Origin: Dendrobates tinctorius
Lineage: Eukaryota
Assembly (NCBI RefSeq): GCF_039654945.1
Contig: NW_027361714.1
Span: 15,066,001-15,130,000 of the forward strand
Direction of reading: 5' to 3'
DNA: 64,000 bases
Below the pieces are notes generated by a model. The model was given only the letters and a program-made list of their open reading frames with translations, ran no database searches and was not told the origin of the DNA. Both the position numbers and the translations under genes were made by a program. Positions 22,103 through 34,810 of this stretch are shown piece by piece (positions within the stretch are counted from its first letter, which is position 1; each line of letters begins with the position of its first letter).

Positions 22103-23974
22103 TTGCCCAATTTCACGGCAGACCTCTCCAGCAGGATTCTTCCTTCCCATTCGCTGGCAGATAGTAACCACAGATGCCAGTCTCCTCGGTTGGGGCGCAG
22201 TGTTCCGCAACCACACTGTTCAGGGTCGATGGTCGGATCGGGAATCAGTACCGATCAACATTCTGGAGATTCGAGCTATCCATCTTGCTCTCGTTCACTG
22301 GGAAAGCCTCCTCAAGGGACTGCCGGTACGGATTCAGACAGACATCGCCACAGCGGTGGCATTTGTCTACCGCCAAGGGGGAACACGGAGTGTCTCAGCC
22401 CTGGCGGAGGGGTCAAAGATTCTTCGTTGGGCGGAGATTTCCGTTCCGACAATTTCCGCGGTGCACATTCCCGGTGTAGACAACTGGGCCGACGATTTTC
22501 TCAGCCGCAAGGGTCTCGCGGCAGGAGAGTGGTCCCTCCATCCGGAGGTGTTTCATCTGCTCTGCCTTCGGTGGGGAACCCCGGATGTAGACCTCATGGC
22601 GTCTCGCCTCAACAGGAAAGTCCCACAATTCGTGTCCAGGTCTCGGGACCCTCTGGCAGTGGGCGCCGACGCCCTGGCCGTTCCTTGGTCCCAGTTCAAC
22701 CTTCCCTACCTGTTCCCTCCTCTGCCTCTTCTTCCCAACCTGTTGAAAAAGATCAAGGCAGAAGGAATTCCAGTCATTCTCATCGCCCCGAATTGGCCCA
22801 GAAGGTCTTGGTTTGTGGACATTGTCAACCTTCTCGCGGACGCCCCCTGGAAGCTTCCAGAGAGAACAGATCTGCTGTCTCAGGGACCGATTTGCCACCC
22901 CAATTCTCGGCCGCTCAATTTAATGGCGTGGCTGTTGAGACCGAGGTTCTGAAACGGGCAGGATTTTCCGACCAGGTAGTTCAGACCATGATCCGAGCCA
23001 GAAAGCCATCATCTTCCAAGATCTACTACCGTACTTGGAAGGCCTATTTCACTTGGTGTGAGACCAATGACATCGCGCCCATGTCCTTTTCGCTCCCTTC
23101 AGTCCTAGCGTTTCTTCAGGCGGGATTGGATGCGGGCCTTGCCCTCAGTTCCCTGAAGGGTCAAGTTTCGGCGCTGTCCATTCTATTTCAGAAAACATTG
23201 GCTTCCCGTCCTCAGGTTAAGACCTTTCTTCAGGGCGTGGCCCACACGGTTCCGCCGTACCGGACGCCCGTGGATCCATGGGATCTTAATCTGGTTCTTG
23301 AGGTTCTGCAAGGTCCTCCCTTTGAACCCCTCAGGGATAATTCCCTTTCTCTCCTTTCTTGGAAGGTAGCCTTTCTGGTGGCCATCACCTCCGTCCGGCG
23401 CGTGTCGGAATTGGCAGCTCTTTCGTGCCGCTCCCCTTTTCTGGTGCTCCACCAGGATAAGGTAGTTCTGCGGCCTCTGCCCTCTTTCCTGCCGAAGGTG
23501 GTGTCCTCGTTTCACCTCAACGAGGATATCGTGCTACCATCCTTTTGTCCGTATCCAACTCATCCCCGAGAGCGGTCCTTGAACAAGCTGGACCTGGTTA
23601 GGGCGATAAGAGTCTATCTGTCTAGGACGACTTCCTTGCGAAAGACAGAGCTTTTCATTATCCCTGATGGGGCGCGGAAAGGTCACTCTGCGTCAAAGGC
23701 CACTATTGCTCGCTGGATCAGATCGGCAATTTTGGAAGCCTACAGAGTTAAGCGTCGCGGAGCCCCTCCGGGGATCAGGGCCCACTCTACTCGGGCAGTG
23801 GGTGCCTCCTGGGCGGTGCGCCACAGAGCTTCCGCGCTGCAGCTTTGCAAAGCTGCAACATGGTCATCGGTTCACACGTTTGTGAAATTCTACAGAGTCC
23901 ACACCTACGCTTCGGCGGACGCCAGCCTAGGTAGACGGATACTGCAGGCCGCGGTGTTGAGTCCGCTGGCCTGA
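22103..23974 (+). CDS. DIRS C tyrosine recombinase, open 623-codon C-terminal part
   Basis: SVRRVSEL, HSTR and WSS.HTF.KFY all in one uninterrupted frame; the listed start is not a true ATG. Confidence 0.85.
   Translation: MPNFTADLSSRILPSHSLADSNHRCQSPRLGRSVPQPHCSGSMVGSGISTDQHSGDSSYPSCSRSLGKPPQGTAGTDSDRHRHSGGICLPPRGNTECLSPGGGVKDSSLGGDFRSDNFRGAHSRCRQLGRRFSQPQGSRGRRVVPPSGGVSSALPSVGNPGCRPHGVSPQQESPTIRVQVSGPSGSGRRRPGRSLVPVQPSLPVPSSASSSQPVEKDQGRRNSSHSHRPELAQKVLVCGHCQPSRGRPLEASRENRSAVSGTDLPPQFSAAQFNGVAVETEVLKRAGFSDQVVQTMIRARKPSSSKIYYRTWKAYFTWCETNDIAPMSFSLPSVLAFLQAGLDAGLALSSLKGQVSALSILFQKTLASRPQVKTFLQGVAHTVPPYRTPVDPWDLNLVLEVLQGPPFEPLRDNSLSLLSWKVAFLVAITSVRRVSELAALSCRSPFLVLHQDKVVLRPLPSFLPKVVSSFHLNEDIVLPSFCPYPTHPRERSLNKLDLVRAIRVYLSRTTSLRKTELFIIPDGARKGHSASKATIARWIRSAILEAYRVKRRGAPPGIRAHSTRAVGASWAVRHRASALQLCKAATWSSVHTFVKFYRVHTYASADASLGRRILQAAVLSPLA
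22200..22952 (+). pseudogene. DIRS C RNase H C-terminal half plus Dam-like methyltransferase domain
   Basis: INILE, HIPGVDNWAD, then GEWSL, DLMAS, DAL..PW and YLFPP. Overlaps the YR frame; disconnected from RT by a frameshifting deletion near 22138. Confidence 0.82.
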
Positions 23975-26900
23975 TGGAAGTTTGTTTCCCACCCCAGGGA
24001 CTGCTTTGGGACGTCCCATGGTCTCTGTGTCCCCCAATAAGGCGAACGAGAAAGCAGGATTTTTTGGGTTGCTTACCGTAAAATCTGTTTCTCGGAGCCT
24101 TCATTGGGGGACACAGCACCCTCCCATGTTTTACAACTCCTGTTCTTATGTTTGTCAGTTGGTTACAGTTGAGTTGTCCTGTTTTCATTCTGTTTTGTTA
24201 CTTCTCCTACTGCTTTCTCACTAACTGAGGAAATTGGTGCCGGTCGGTGGGGTGTATACTGCGGAGGAGGAGCTAACATTTTTTTGTGCATAGTGTCAGC
24301 CTCCTAGTGGCAGCAAAGCATACACCCATGGTCTCTGTGTCCCCCAATGAAGGCTCCGAGAAACAGATTTTACGGTAAGCAACCCAAAAAATCCTGTTTT
24401 TTTGCTTTGTTTTTTATTTTTTTAAGGGGTTCGCTAAAGGGGTTAACTAATGGGACAGTTTTATAGGGCGGGTCGCTACAGACACGGCGATACCAAATAT
24501 GTGTACTTTTATTGTTTTGTTTTTTTATTTTGAAAAAATGCATTTATTGGGGAATATTTTTTTTTTTTTTTTTTTTTTACTTTATTACCTTGTCCCAGGT
24601 GGGACATCACTGTCCTGTGACAGATCGATCGCTGATCTGTCACATCACAGATCACTGTGACAGATCAGCAATCTGTTACAGGCAGTTCTACAGACTTCCT
24701 CATGCCTGCGCTTTGCAGGCAGTGAGGAAGTCAGCTCCCTACAGGCCCCCGTCGCCATCTTGGATCCAGGGGCCTGTAGGGAAAGAGACCCCCGCAGCAG
24801 CGCTGCACATTGCGCTGCTGTGGGGGGCTCAGGGAAGCAAGGAGGGAGCCTCCTCCCTGCCGATGCTTCCCTTTAACCCCCGGTACACCGCTATCGCGTT
24901 TGATCGCGGTGTACAAGGGGTTAACGTTGTGCCGGGTGTCAGCTGTGATAATCAGCTGACACCCGGCCGCGATCAGCGGCGCTCACCACGTGGGCGCCGC
25001 TGATCGCTGGGACGTAATATTCCGTCCATGGTAATTGGGTCCAGGGTCACATGGACGGAATATTACGTCCATTGTAGGTAAGGGGTTAAGGCGCATTCTA
25101 CCCGCCCAGTGGGTGCCTCTTAGGACATTCGGCACCAGGCATCGGCAGAACAGGTCGGCAAGGCTGCGACTTGGTCCAACCTGCATACCTTTACAAAACA
25201 TTACCAAATTCATTCTTAGGCCTCTGCGGATGCAGCTCTTGGCAGATGCATCCTACAATCGGCAGTACCACAGCGTTGAGTCAGTGGTACATGGGTTATT
25301 AGCAGTTGTATACTCCCCAACCAGGAACTGCTTTAGGACGTCCCACTGTCTGTGTCCCCCAACGAGGCGTAGGAGAAATAGGGATTTTTGTGTACTCACC
25401 GTAAAATCCTTTTCTACGAGCCACTCATTTGGAAACATAGCACCCACCCTGTTTAGCCTATTGGCTCACTGTAGCATTCTTAGGTTTTGACAGTTATGGT
25501 TATTGTCATTTGTTTAATGCTCCTACTGCTTTTTCACTGAACTGGGGAATTCCCAGCCAGCGAGAGGGTGTATACTGCAGGGAAGGAGTTCATTTTTTTT
25601 CTGTGTTGACTTAGTGTCCTCCTAGTGGCAAGCAGCATAACACCCACTGTCTGTGTACCCCAGTGATTGGCTCGGAGAAAAGTATTTTACACAAAAATAC
25701 ACCATTTGAGGGCGAAAATAGGTATCGGCATGCTCAGGAGAAATTTCACATTTTGGGGTCCGTTTTGTCCTGTTACCTTTGTGAAAATAAAATTGGACTA
25801 AAGGAAGTTTGTTTTTTTTGGGGGTGGGGGGAGAGTTAAATGTTCGTGGTTTTTTATTTATTTTTTTTTTTCTTCCAAAAATTTCTGTTAAGCACCTGAA
25901 GATTTAATAAAATTCTTGAATGGAGGTTTGAGCACCTTGAGGTACAGTCTTTAGAATGGTGTCACTTCTGTAGATTTTGTTGGCAAAAAGAAATTGCTGG
26001 TCAACTTTTAACCCTCATAACTTCCTAATAGAGATGGGCGGACACCTGTATGTTTGGATTCGGCCAAACAGTAACAAAAAGTTTGGGTTCTGGCACCAGC
26101 TAGTATCTGAGCTTCATAGGAAGACCAAGATGGCAGTAATCTGGCCTTTACCAGACCCTAGTCTACCATGGTTCCCCAACTCGACAGGAGCATGTGTGCA
26201 TCAGTCAGGATGTCATTTAAACGGCAGAGATTGACAATGGCATTTAAATGATTTGGCTCCAAATACAGACAGGTACTGACTATGTAACACAGACACAATC
26301 TGCCTGGTAAGAAGCAGGTTCATACATGTCAACTGTTGACTAACATTTGTTATAGATTGTTAAGGGGTTAAACAACATCCAGGTCTAGCACAAAGGGGGA
26401 TCTAATGTAATTGTTTACGGATGTTTAGGGCATTGAAGGGGTGAATGTCTATATGCCAGGTGGTCTGTGGCAGTAATTGTGCTAGTATCTGTGGCGATCT
26501 AGGGCAGTGTGAGCGGAAACTCCTTTATCGTGGTTGCTGTATAGCACAAGCTTTGTTTTAGGTCATTTGATCAATTTTTTTTCCACCAGTAGTTGAAGCC
26601 CATTATCAATAGTGAATGCAAGGAACGCAAGTAAAATATATCCTTCCATTATGTTCTCCCTCTGTTTAGTATTGTTATGGTAAGCTTTGTCTTATAAACA
26701 CTGATGCAGAATACTGACCAAATCTGATGTGTGACTAAAGCCTTGGAAATCCCACAGATGGCAACAAATCCCAGCTGTACTAGGCTATGTTCAAATGCAG
26801 TGTTTTCAGCTCTTTTTATTGTGAATTAAAAGCAGCCTTTTTACAGTATCAGCAGAAGCTATGAGATTTCAGAGATCACGCTTGTTAAATGCACACGCCT

Positions 26901-27676
26901 GTTTGTTTCCTGAGTAAATTTGAGATCTGCAGCATGTCAATTCTTTCAGCGTTTTTTAGCAGCATTCTTTCACCCATAATAAATAACAATGAAAAACAAA
27001 ACAGTTTTTGCCCTGTTTTGGATGAATAAAACTAACTTTAGTAAACAGGTACTGTAGGTATGAAAAAGGCCTCTAAATGGGTGTAAAGAATGCAGTGTTT
27101 TTACATTAGAGGGCATTTTTTGGCTTCAAAAAAACGCAGGACAAATGTTATGTGAACCCCGCCACAGACAGGTAAATAAAATCCACAATGAATTTGACTA
27201 TTATAGGAATAATAAAATCATTTTTCAACCTGGTGTTATAAAGTATTCTAATTTACTGAGATAATGACTCTTGTGTTTTCATTGGCTGTAAGCCATAATC
27301 ATCAACATTAACAGAATCAAACACTAGAAATAGATCACTCTGTTTGTAATGACTCTGTGTAAGAGTTTCACTTTTTCTATTGAAGAACTGAAATAAATTC
27401 ACTTTTTATATGATACTCTAATTTTATGAGAAGCACCTGTATAATCAGACCCAAGCTGCAGCGCTTTATGCGGCCCCTCGCTGCTGACAGAGAACTTTCA
27501 CATCAGAGTATGCTGTGAAAATGACAGGGTCATTTCAGGTTTTGATAATCTGTGACAACCAACAGTGGTGAATCCTCCTGCCACTTAATCAAACACAACT
27601 TCCACAATGAACCAGAAACAAACACTGTTATCTATTAGCAAAAATCCAAATAGAAATCACTCTCTTCCTTTTTCAG

Positions 27677-27870
27677 TTAAGGATCTGCCTCTGCCGAGGT
27701 TCCTGGTGTCGAAAAACGAGCAAGATTCAAGACACTCAGTCGCCCACAGTTCAGACGGAGATAACTCCTCGTCTTATTCAGGAGTTATTCCACCTCCTCC
27801 TGGCAGAACAAATGTCAAGAAAAGCTCAGTCAGTCATGATGCTATTCAGGCTCGTGGTCCAACAGAACAG
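27677..27870 (+). CDS. reps1: REPS1 internal coding exon (RalBP1-associated Eps domain protein 1)
   Basis: Acceptor tcctttttcag and donor gtaaaa; 194 nt, phase 1 to 0. Encodes (V)[19 protein letters not shown]...[11 protein letters not shown]...VSHD, recognisable as REPS1 after its first EH domain. Confidence 0.93.
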
Positions 27871-28581
27871 GTAAAATTCATTTATTTTATTACTTAAAAA
27901 AAAAAAAAAAAATTGACTGGCAACCATAAATGATGAAACGGAGTGCACACCAACTCGTACTATACACAGCAATATGCCACAAGACATATGTGTAACTAGA
28001 TGGCACTTCAAAAATATTAACATGTTAATATTAGAATGTAATAGCGCTATGTCGTAGCGGAGTGCTCCACACACAGTTGGTTCTGGCTGTATTACACAGC
28101 AGTCATCCACCGTTAATGTTCTAGGGGCCAATCTATCAAATCAAAAATTATTTCTTCTGTATAGTAAGTACCCAAAAAGCACACAAAATAAAAACTCTGG
28201 ACAATATTTCAAATTTTTTAGTCAACGTGCTGTACCCCCTCCTGATATAGACAGTTGGGTGAATGCAATAAGTGATGATCAATTTACAATATTTTTGAAC
28301 TACTTTTGCACAAGAAAATGACTTAAAGTATATGTGTATATTATATTCTAATATCCTGCCTCATACACGGGAGAAGAATCCTCAAATAGACATATAGACA
28401 ATGAAATTGTCCCAATGAAACGAAAGCGTTTTTTCTCAGAGCTCTGTATTACACAAAAAGAAAATCTTATGATTTAAAAAAAGAAATAGATAGCGAGATA
28501 GATAAAATATATACACACACACTAGCTATTGAACCCTTTATACGCGCGGATGGCGAGCTTTTTTATTGGTATATGGTCTCC

Positions 28582-29520
28582 CATCCTGGTATGTGCTGCA
28601 CCCCCTCATCCCTATCCTGGTGTACATGACCCCCTCATCCCTATCCTGGTGTATATGGCCCACTCATCCCTATCCTGGTGTACATGGCCCCCTCATCCCT
28701 AGCCTGGTGTACATGGTCCCCTCATCCCTAGCCTGGTGTCCATGGCCCCCTCATCCCTAGCCTGGTGTCCATGGCCCCCTCATCCCTAGCCTGGTGTCCA
28801 TGGCCCCCTCATCCCTAGCCTGGTGTCCATGGCCCCCTCATCCCTAGCCTGGTGTCCATGGCCCCCTCATCCCTAGCCTGGTGTCCATGGCCCCCTCATC
28901 CCTAGCCTGGTGTCCATGGCCCCCTCATCCCTAGCCTGGTGTCCATGGCCCCCTCATCCCTAGCCTGGTGTCCATGGCCCCCTCATCCCTAGCCTGGTGT
29001 CCATGGCCCCCTCATCCCTAGCCTGGTGTCCATGGCCCCCTCATCCCTAGCCTGGTGTCCATGGCCCCCTCATCCCTAGCCTGGTGTCCATGGCCCCCTC
29101 ATCCCTAGCCTGGTGTCCATGGCCCCCTCATCCCTAGCCTGGTGTCCATGGCCCCCTCATCCCTAGCCTGGTGTCCATGGCCCCCTCATCCCTAGCCTGG
29201 TGTCCATGGCCCCCTCATCCCTAGCCTGGTGTCCATGGCCCCCTCATCCCTAGCCTGGTGTCCATGGCCCCCTCATCCCTAGCCTGGTGTCCATGGCCCC
29301 CTCATCCCTAGCCTGGTGTCCATGGCCCCCTCATCCCTAGCCTGGTGTCCATGGCCCCCTCATCCCTAGCCTGGTGTCCATGGCCCCCTCATCCCTAGCC
29401 TGGTGTCCATGGCCCCCTCATCCCTAGCCTGGTGTCCATGGCCCCCTCATCCCTAGCCTGGTGTCCATGGCCCCCTCATCCCTAGCCTGGTGTCCATGGC
29501 CCCCTCATCCCTAGCCTGGT
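28582..29520. repeat. 29-bp minisatellite, about 32 copies
   Basis: Unit CCTGGTGTCCATGGCCCCCTCATCCCTAG; identical copies from 28732, diverged copies to the left. Confidence 0.97.
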
Positions 29521-29831
29521 ATGTATTGACGGCATAGTTGATGAGCTGGCAGTCAAGCAGAGAAAATGGGGCTGGGCAAATAAGTCATTGAAGCAGAGGC
29601 TTGAGATGTGCTTTAAGAGATTGGATTCAATAAAAGACATTATAGGTTTACCTTTTTGTTTGTCCACCCCCTCAGTGACTACTTTGACTTTGTGACCCAA
29701 ACAAGCCAATAAGCTATGTTGGCCTTATTAACACTGTATTATGTTACTGAGAACTGCCTTATATACGGAAGACATTTAACTACCACTAAAAGTATAAGAA
29801 TATTCATTTATTTCTTCCTTTCTTCGGTAAG

Positions 29832-29985
29832 GAGTCCACGTCACCTGTAGTATCCCCCGAGCAGTCTCCACCATCTTCTCCTCATACTTGGAGGAAGCAC
29901 AGCCGACACGCCAGTGGAGGAAACAATGAACGGGCTGTATCAGCGTCTGGTCCGTTTTGGACACCTTACAATGAAACGCAAACAG
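29832..29985 (+). CDS. reps1: REPS1 internal coding exon
   Basis: Pyrimidine tract then taag|GAG; donor gtacgt; 154 nt, phase 0 to 1. Encodes [31 protein letters not shown]...GPFW; frame continues from the previous exon. Confidence 0.93.
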
Positions 29986-31193
29986 GTACGTTTCAATGCT
30001 GACCTAGAAACACCTTATTCCATTGCTAATGTCCAAGCAACTTGTGTGTATGTTGAATATGTATGACAAAGCAAATTATGATATATCAATGGCATAATTG
30101 GTCTAGCCCTAATGAGTCACAGCAGAGATTAGCTGCAATGAAATGCATTCATCTTTTTAAATGGGGTCAGGACCTCAATACCCTTTAAGGAATTTTCTTT
30201 GAAGCATAAATATTTATTAGTGGTTGAATTTGAAAACGATTATTCCCCTATTGTGATTATGGTGCAGAAAGACTGTCAGACTGTGATATAAATCTTAGAT
30301 TTAAAAAAACAATTTATTTAGTGTTTTGTACCATTTCTTGTCCCTGCCATGTAGAGTGACTAAGGACTTTTGACTATATCTGGCTACCACTAGGAGGCAG
30401 ACATAAGTACCTTTAAAAAGACTACCTGGCACCAGTAGGTGCTAATCTTTTTATTGAATAAAAGTGGGCAGCCCCAGACTGGTGGATTTTCTCAATATAA
30501 GTGACAAAAGTGAGCTGAACACTCCCTAATATCTCCCCAAAGGGCCTGACTCTCTCTACCAACAGTCACTCCATAACTTCCTAATAGCGGGTTCCAGACG
30601 TTCATAGTGGATTCTAACCACCCCTGTAGCCCCTTTTCCAGTGGAAATGCTTGCAAGAGTGAGAGCAGAGCGTTATTGGACCTCTCTGCATGCTGGGATC
30701 CCACAACTTAGAGGTTTTTGGGCTGACTTGCTAGGGAGTCAAGCCTTTTCGGAGGACATTAGGGAGTCTGGTTTTAAATGTAAAACCAAACACAGAAAAG
30801 AACATGGATCTGCTCACCTGTTGCAACATGTATCAAACACACATATATCAGCTGCAAGAACATATCCAGGTGAAGTGTCACTTGATGAGCTGCTGATAAT
30901 TATATCCAACAAATATTTTACTTGAACTTTATTTTAGCAGGTTTACAAAGTTAACTCATTTTGAGGTCAACGCAGGACCAATTCATCAGGACAAAAGCCT
31001 AGTGGATTCTTGTAGTAATGATCTTATTTATGTGGTCTGTCTCTTGAAAAAACCTGCCAAACCAGGCACATAATGTCAGTGTTCATTACATAAAAAGCAT
31101 AACGAATATAAAATAAAATCATCTGTTATGACTGAAATTACCAAGAAACAAAATTTGTGCCTTGCTTTCCTAAATAAAAACATATGCTTGGAC

Positions 31194-31195
<2 letters not shown>

Positions 31196-31236
<41 letters not shown>

Positions 31237-31242
31237 TGTGTG
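31196..31242. repeat. (TG)n microsatellite
   Basis: Directly visible. Confidence 0.95.
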
Positions 31243-31271
31243 TCTGAAAAACAGGGGGAATCGAACAGGTA

Positions 31272-32705
31272 CACCACTGTTCAAAATTTTGGGATCACCC
31301 AGACAATTTTGTGTTTTCCATGAAAACGCATACTTTTATTGATCAAATGAGTTGCCAAATGAATTTAAAATCTAGTCCAGACATTGACAAGGTTCGAAGA
31401 AAAGATTTTTATTTGAAATAATTTTCTTTCAAACAGCTCAGTGGGGTTTAGATCTGGTGACTGCGCTGGCCACTCCATTACAGATAGAATGCCAGCACCC
31501 TGCTTCTTCCCTATATAGTTCTTGCATAATTTGGAGGTGTGCTTTGAGTCATTGTCCTGTTGTAGGATGAAATTGGCTCCAGTCAAGTGCTGTCCACAGG
31601 GTGTGGCGTTGCAAAATGGAGTGATAGCCTTCCTTATTCAAAATCCCTGTTACCTTGTACAAATCTCCCACTTCACCAGCACCAAAGCAACCTCAGACCA
31701 TCGTATTACCTCCACCATGCTTGACAGATGGAGTCAGGCACTATTCCAGCATCTTTTCAGTTGTTCTGCGTCTCACAAATGTTCTTCTGTGTGATCCAAA
31801 CACCTCAAACTTGGATTCGTCTGTCCATAACACTTTTTTCCAATCTTCCTCTGTCCAATGTCTGTGTTCTTTTGCCCATATTAATCTTTTCCTTTTATTA
31901 GCCAGTCTCAGATATGGCTTTTTCTTTGCCACTCTGCCCTGAAGGCCAGCATCCTGGAGTCGCCTCTTCACTGTAGACGTTAACACTGGCGTTTTGCTTG
32001 TACTATTTAACGAAGCTGCCAGTTGAGGACCTGTGAGGAGTTGATTTCTCAAACTACAGACACTAATGTATACATTTGTCTTGTTCAGTTGTGCAGCGGG
32101 GCCTCCCACTTCTCTTTCTACTCTGGTTAGAGCCTGTTTGTGCTCTCCTCTGAAGGGAGTAGTACACACAGTTGTAGGAAATCTTCTGTTTCTTGGCAAT
32201 TTCTCACATGAAATAGCCTTCATTTCTAAGAACAAGACTAGACTGTCGAGTTTCACATTAAAGTTCTTTTTTTTTATTCTGTCCATTTTGAGAGTTTAAT
32301 GTAACCAACAAATGTAATGCTCCAGATTCTCAACTTGCTCAAAGGAAGGTCAGGTTTATAGCTTCTCTAATCAGCCAAACTGTTCTCTAATCAGCCAGCT
32401 GTGCTAACATACCTTGCACAAGGGTTTTCAAGGGTATTCTAACCATCCATTAGCCTTCTTACACAGTGTGCAAACACAAAGTACCATAAGAACACTGGAG
32501 TGATTGTTGGAAATGGGCCTCTATAAACCTATGAAGATATTGCATTACAAACCAGACATTTGCAGCTGGAATAATCATTTACCACAATAACAATGTATAG
32601 AGTGTATTTCTGATTCATTTAATGTTGGCTTCATTGGAAAAAACTGTGCTTTTCTTTCAAAAATAAGGAAATTTCTAAGTGACCACAAACTTTTGAACGG
32701 AAGTG
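31272..32705 (-). mobile_element. Tc1-like transposon, decayed
   Basis: Imperfect TIRs CAC(C/T)(A/T)C(T/C)GTTCAAAA. Minus-strand fragments VLWTDESKFE, QQDNDSKH and SPDLNP. Confidence 0.85.
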
Positions 32706-33881
32706 TGTGCATCGGCAGCGCATCCAGTGACACTTCACCCGGATATGTTCTAAAATCATGTCCATGGTGTACATACTTTTAGTCCTCAGAGGCCTCAACT
32801 GTTGTTAAAGGTGCTACATTTCTGACCAGACTTCATTAGGACAGTCAGGGTAAATTCCTCTTGTCAAATGCAGCGTTGCTTTGCTATCTGGTCCAACCAC
32901 TTTGTGGCAATCCCATTTCACCTGGCTACAACCCCAAGGTTGTTTGGCCATCGTGTACTTGACGTCATCATGACTTCCATCTAGACATGCTTGCCTGTTT
33001 GGTCAGGAGCCATTTTTGACATGACCACACCAGGCCACATGTTGCTCGTCCTACTTTGAGCAGCCTGCTTTATCTAAACTTGCTACTATGGTCAGCAGCA
33101 TGGTGAGACTGTCTCCCATGTAGCACATCTGTGATGTCATTGATCAGCAAAGGAAGCTACCCCCAGCAGATCTTCATTATTTCCTTGCCCGAGTGCGTTC
33201 AGTGTTACAGAACATTCCTCAGATAACCATAAATAACCTCAATAAAAGCAACCAAAGGTTTTAAGTGCATGTGGTGCTTATATTCAATACTGAATAAATT
33301 GAGATGATTTGAAAATTTAGTTTCTATTTTTTCTCCATCATTTGCATACCATTGCCATGTCTTCCAAACCAGTGGGATTTTTTAACTCCATGGCTTTTCG
33401 TTCTTGATGTTACAATTTCAATCTTGTAAAGTGTATATTACGATCCCGGAAAAATGTTAAGAGTAGAGTTGAGCGAAACAGGTCGGTCAGATTCAAAGAT
33501 CACCGACTTACGCCAAAGTCTGGTTTCGCTGATCGAAACCCGACCCTAGCGTGAGGTCGCCGATCACTGCTCCAAAGTCGCGTTTCAAATGATGCTTTCA
33601 GCGCCTTTTCTCACCCAATGATGGAGGACGCACACTGTGGGCAACGTGATGACATGCGCAGCGGCCAGCACTATCTTAGAGAAGGGCATTGAAGTGATTG
33701 GCTGGCTTTGTGTGGCGTCACGGTGGGTATAAAAGGCTGTGAACGCCGACCGCCATCTTACTTCTGCCGATCTTACAATAGGGAGAGGTGCTGCTGTTGA
33801 TTCTGAGCAGGGAGAGCGTTAGGCAGGGAAGAAGAAAAAAAAAAACTGCTTCTGCTGATAGCGCTTTTCACTGTACAGTTA

Positions 33882-34810
33882 GGCTGAGTTCACACGTGGC
33901 GTTTTTTTCGCGTTTCCGTGGCGATTTTGCCGCGAAAACGCGAAAAATAAGCATCCCATGCATTCCTATGGGATTCCGCAATGCTGTGCTAATGCTGCGG
34001 TTTTTACCGCGGCGGAATCGCTTCGCGGTAAAAAAACGCAGCATGCTCATTAATTTGCGGAATCGCGGCGATCCCGCACCCATAGGAATGCATTGTTCCG
34101 CTTACTTCCCGCATGTGGCTGTGCACACCATGCGGAAAGTAAGCAGAACAATTGCGGATGGTACCCACGATCCGGAGGAGAGGAGACTGTCCTCCGGGCT
34201 TTGGGTACCATATCCCTGTAAAAAATAGAATTTAAAATAAAAAATATTGTTATTCTTACCTTCCGGCGTCCCGCGCAGCATTCCCGCCTCTCTCCACGCT
34301 CCCGGTCCCAGTAAGCCTTTGCGAAAATGCCCGCGATGGCATCCGTTCTCGCAGGATCGCGAAGTCTCGCGGTCATTCGCGCGACGTCATCGCGAATAAC
34401 CGCGAGACATCGCGATCCCACGAGAATGGACGTCATCGCGGGCATTTTCGCAAAGGATTACTGGGAACGGATGCGCGGGACGTTGGAAGGTGAGAATAAC
34501 ACTATTTTTTATTTTTTTTACATTCTATCTTTTACTACTGAGGCCGCATAGGCGGCCTCAGTAGTAAAAAGTTGGTCACACTCGTCAAACACTATGTTGG
34601 ACGAGTGTGACCAACCTGTCAATCAGTTCTCCAAGCGATGCTACAGATTGCTTGGAAAACGCTAGCATTTTGCAAGCTAATTACGCTTGCAAAATGCTAG
34701 TTTTTCCGCGGGAAAATCGCGGGAATTTAAAATGCGATTTTCCTGCGGAATGGAATTCCGGAATTCTCGCGGTAATTTCCGCGAGAGTTCCGGTACGTGT
34801 GCACTTAGCC
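33882..34810. mobile_element. Harbinger-type MITE with a long internal palindrome
   Basis: TTA TSD on both sides; TIR GGCT(G/A)AGT(T/G)CACACGT; inverted repeat at about 34260-34495. Confidence 0.78.

Larger units (their letters stand above)
18760..24399 (+). mobile_element. DIRS1-type retrotransposon, copy C (RT internally deleted, YR domain open)
   Basis: Near-perfect ITRs at 18760-18900 and from 24223; ICR 24015-24116. Gag 19979-21446 with frameshifts. RT has YLDD but two deletions. Confidence 0.95.
15639..25085. mobile_element. Non-autonomous piggyBac-type TTAA element with internal ~380-bp repeats; hosts DIRS C
   Basis: TTAA|CCCCTT...AAGGGG|TTAA. Removing it restores GGG ATT AAG GCG CAT TCT ACC (GIKAHST) of DIRS B YR. 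Unit containing AACTAGACCCCCC...GGAACTTATCTAGAT recurs near 16520, 16900 and 17280. Confidence 0.85.
10524..25700 (+). mobile_element. DIRS1-type retrotransposon, copy B (decayed, interrupted by a SINE and a piggyBac-type element)
   Basis: Left ITR starts TTTCTCCTACGCCTCATTGGGGGACAC; inverted copy from about 25538; ICR about 25342-25440. Fragmented Gag (11383-12865), RT (YLDD), RH, MT and YR; YR resumes at 25090 (AHST). Confidence 0.9.
812..26367. mobile_element. Probable older, oppositely oriented relative of the same TTAA family acting as outer host
   Basis: Segments at 812-1475, about 2560-2890, 9790-10523 and 25700-26030 resemble the internal units (812-1475 is inverse to about 18130-18690). 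Ends AAGGGG|TTAA at 26367. Continuity is inferred. Confidence 0.45.

Noticed and set aside
27607-27897. 96-aa ORF as a stand-alone gene, and the many other short ORFs
   Set aside because: It is a REPS1 exon plus intron read-through. The other short ORFs are alternate frames of transposon or low-complexity sequence.
28582-29520. CRISPR-like array
   Set aside because: Head-to-tail repeats with no unique spacers, in a eukaryotic intron.
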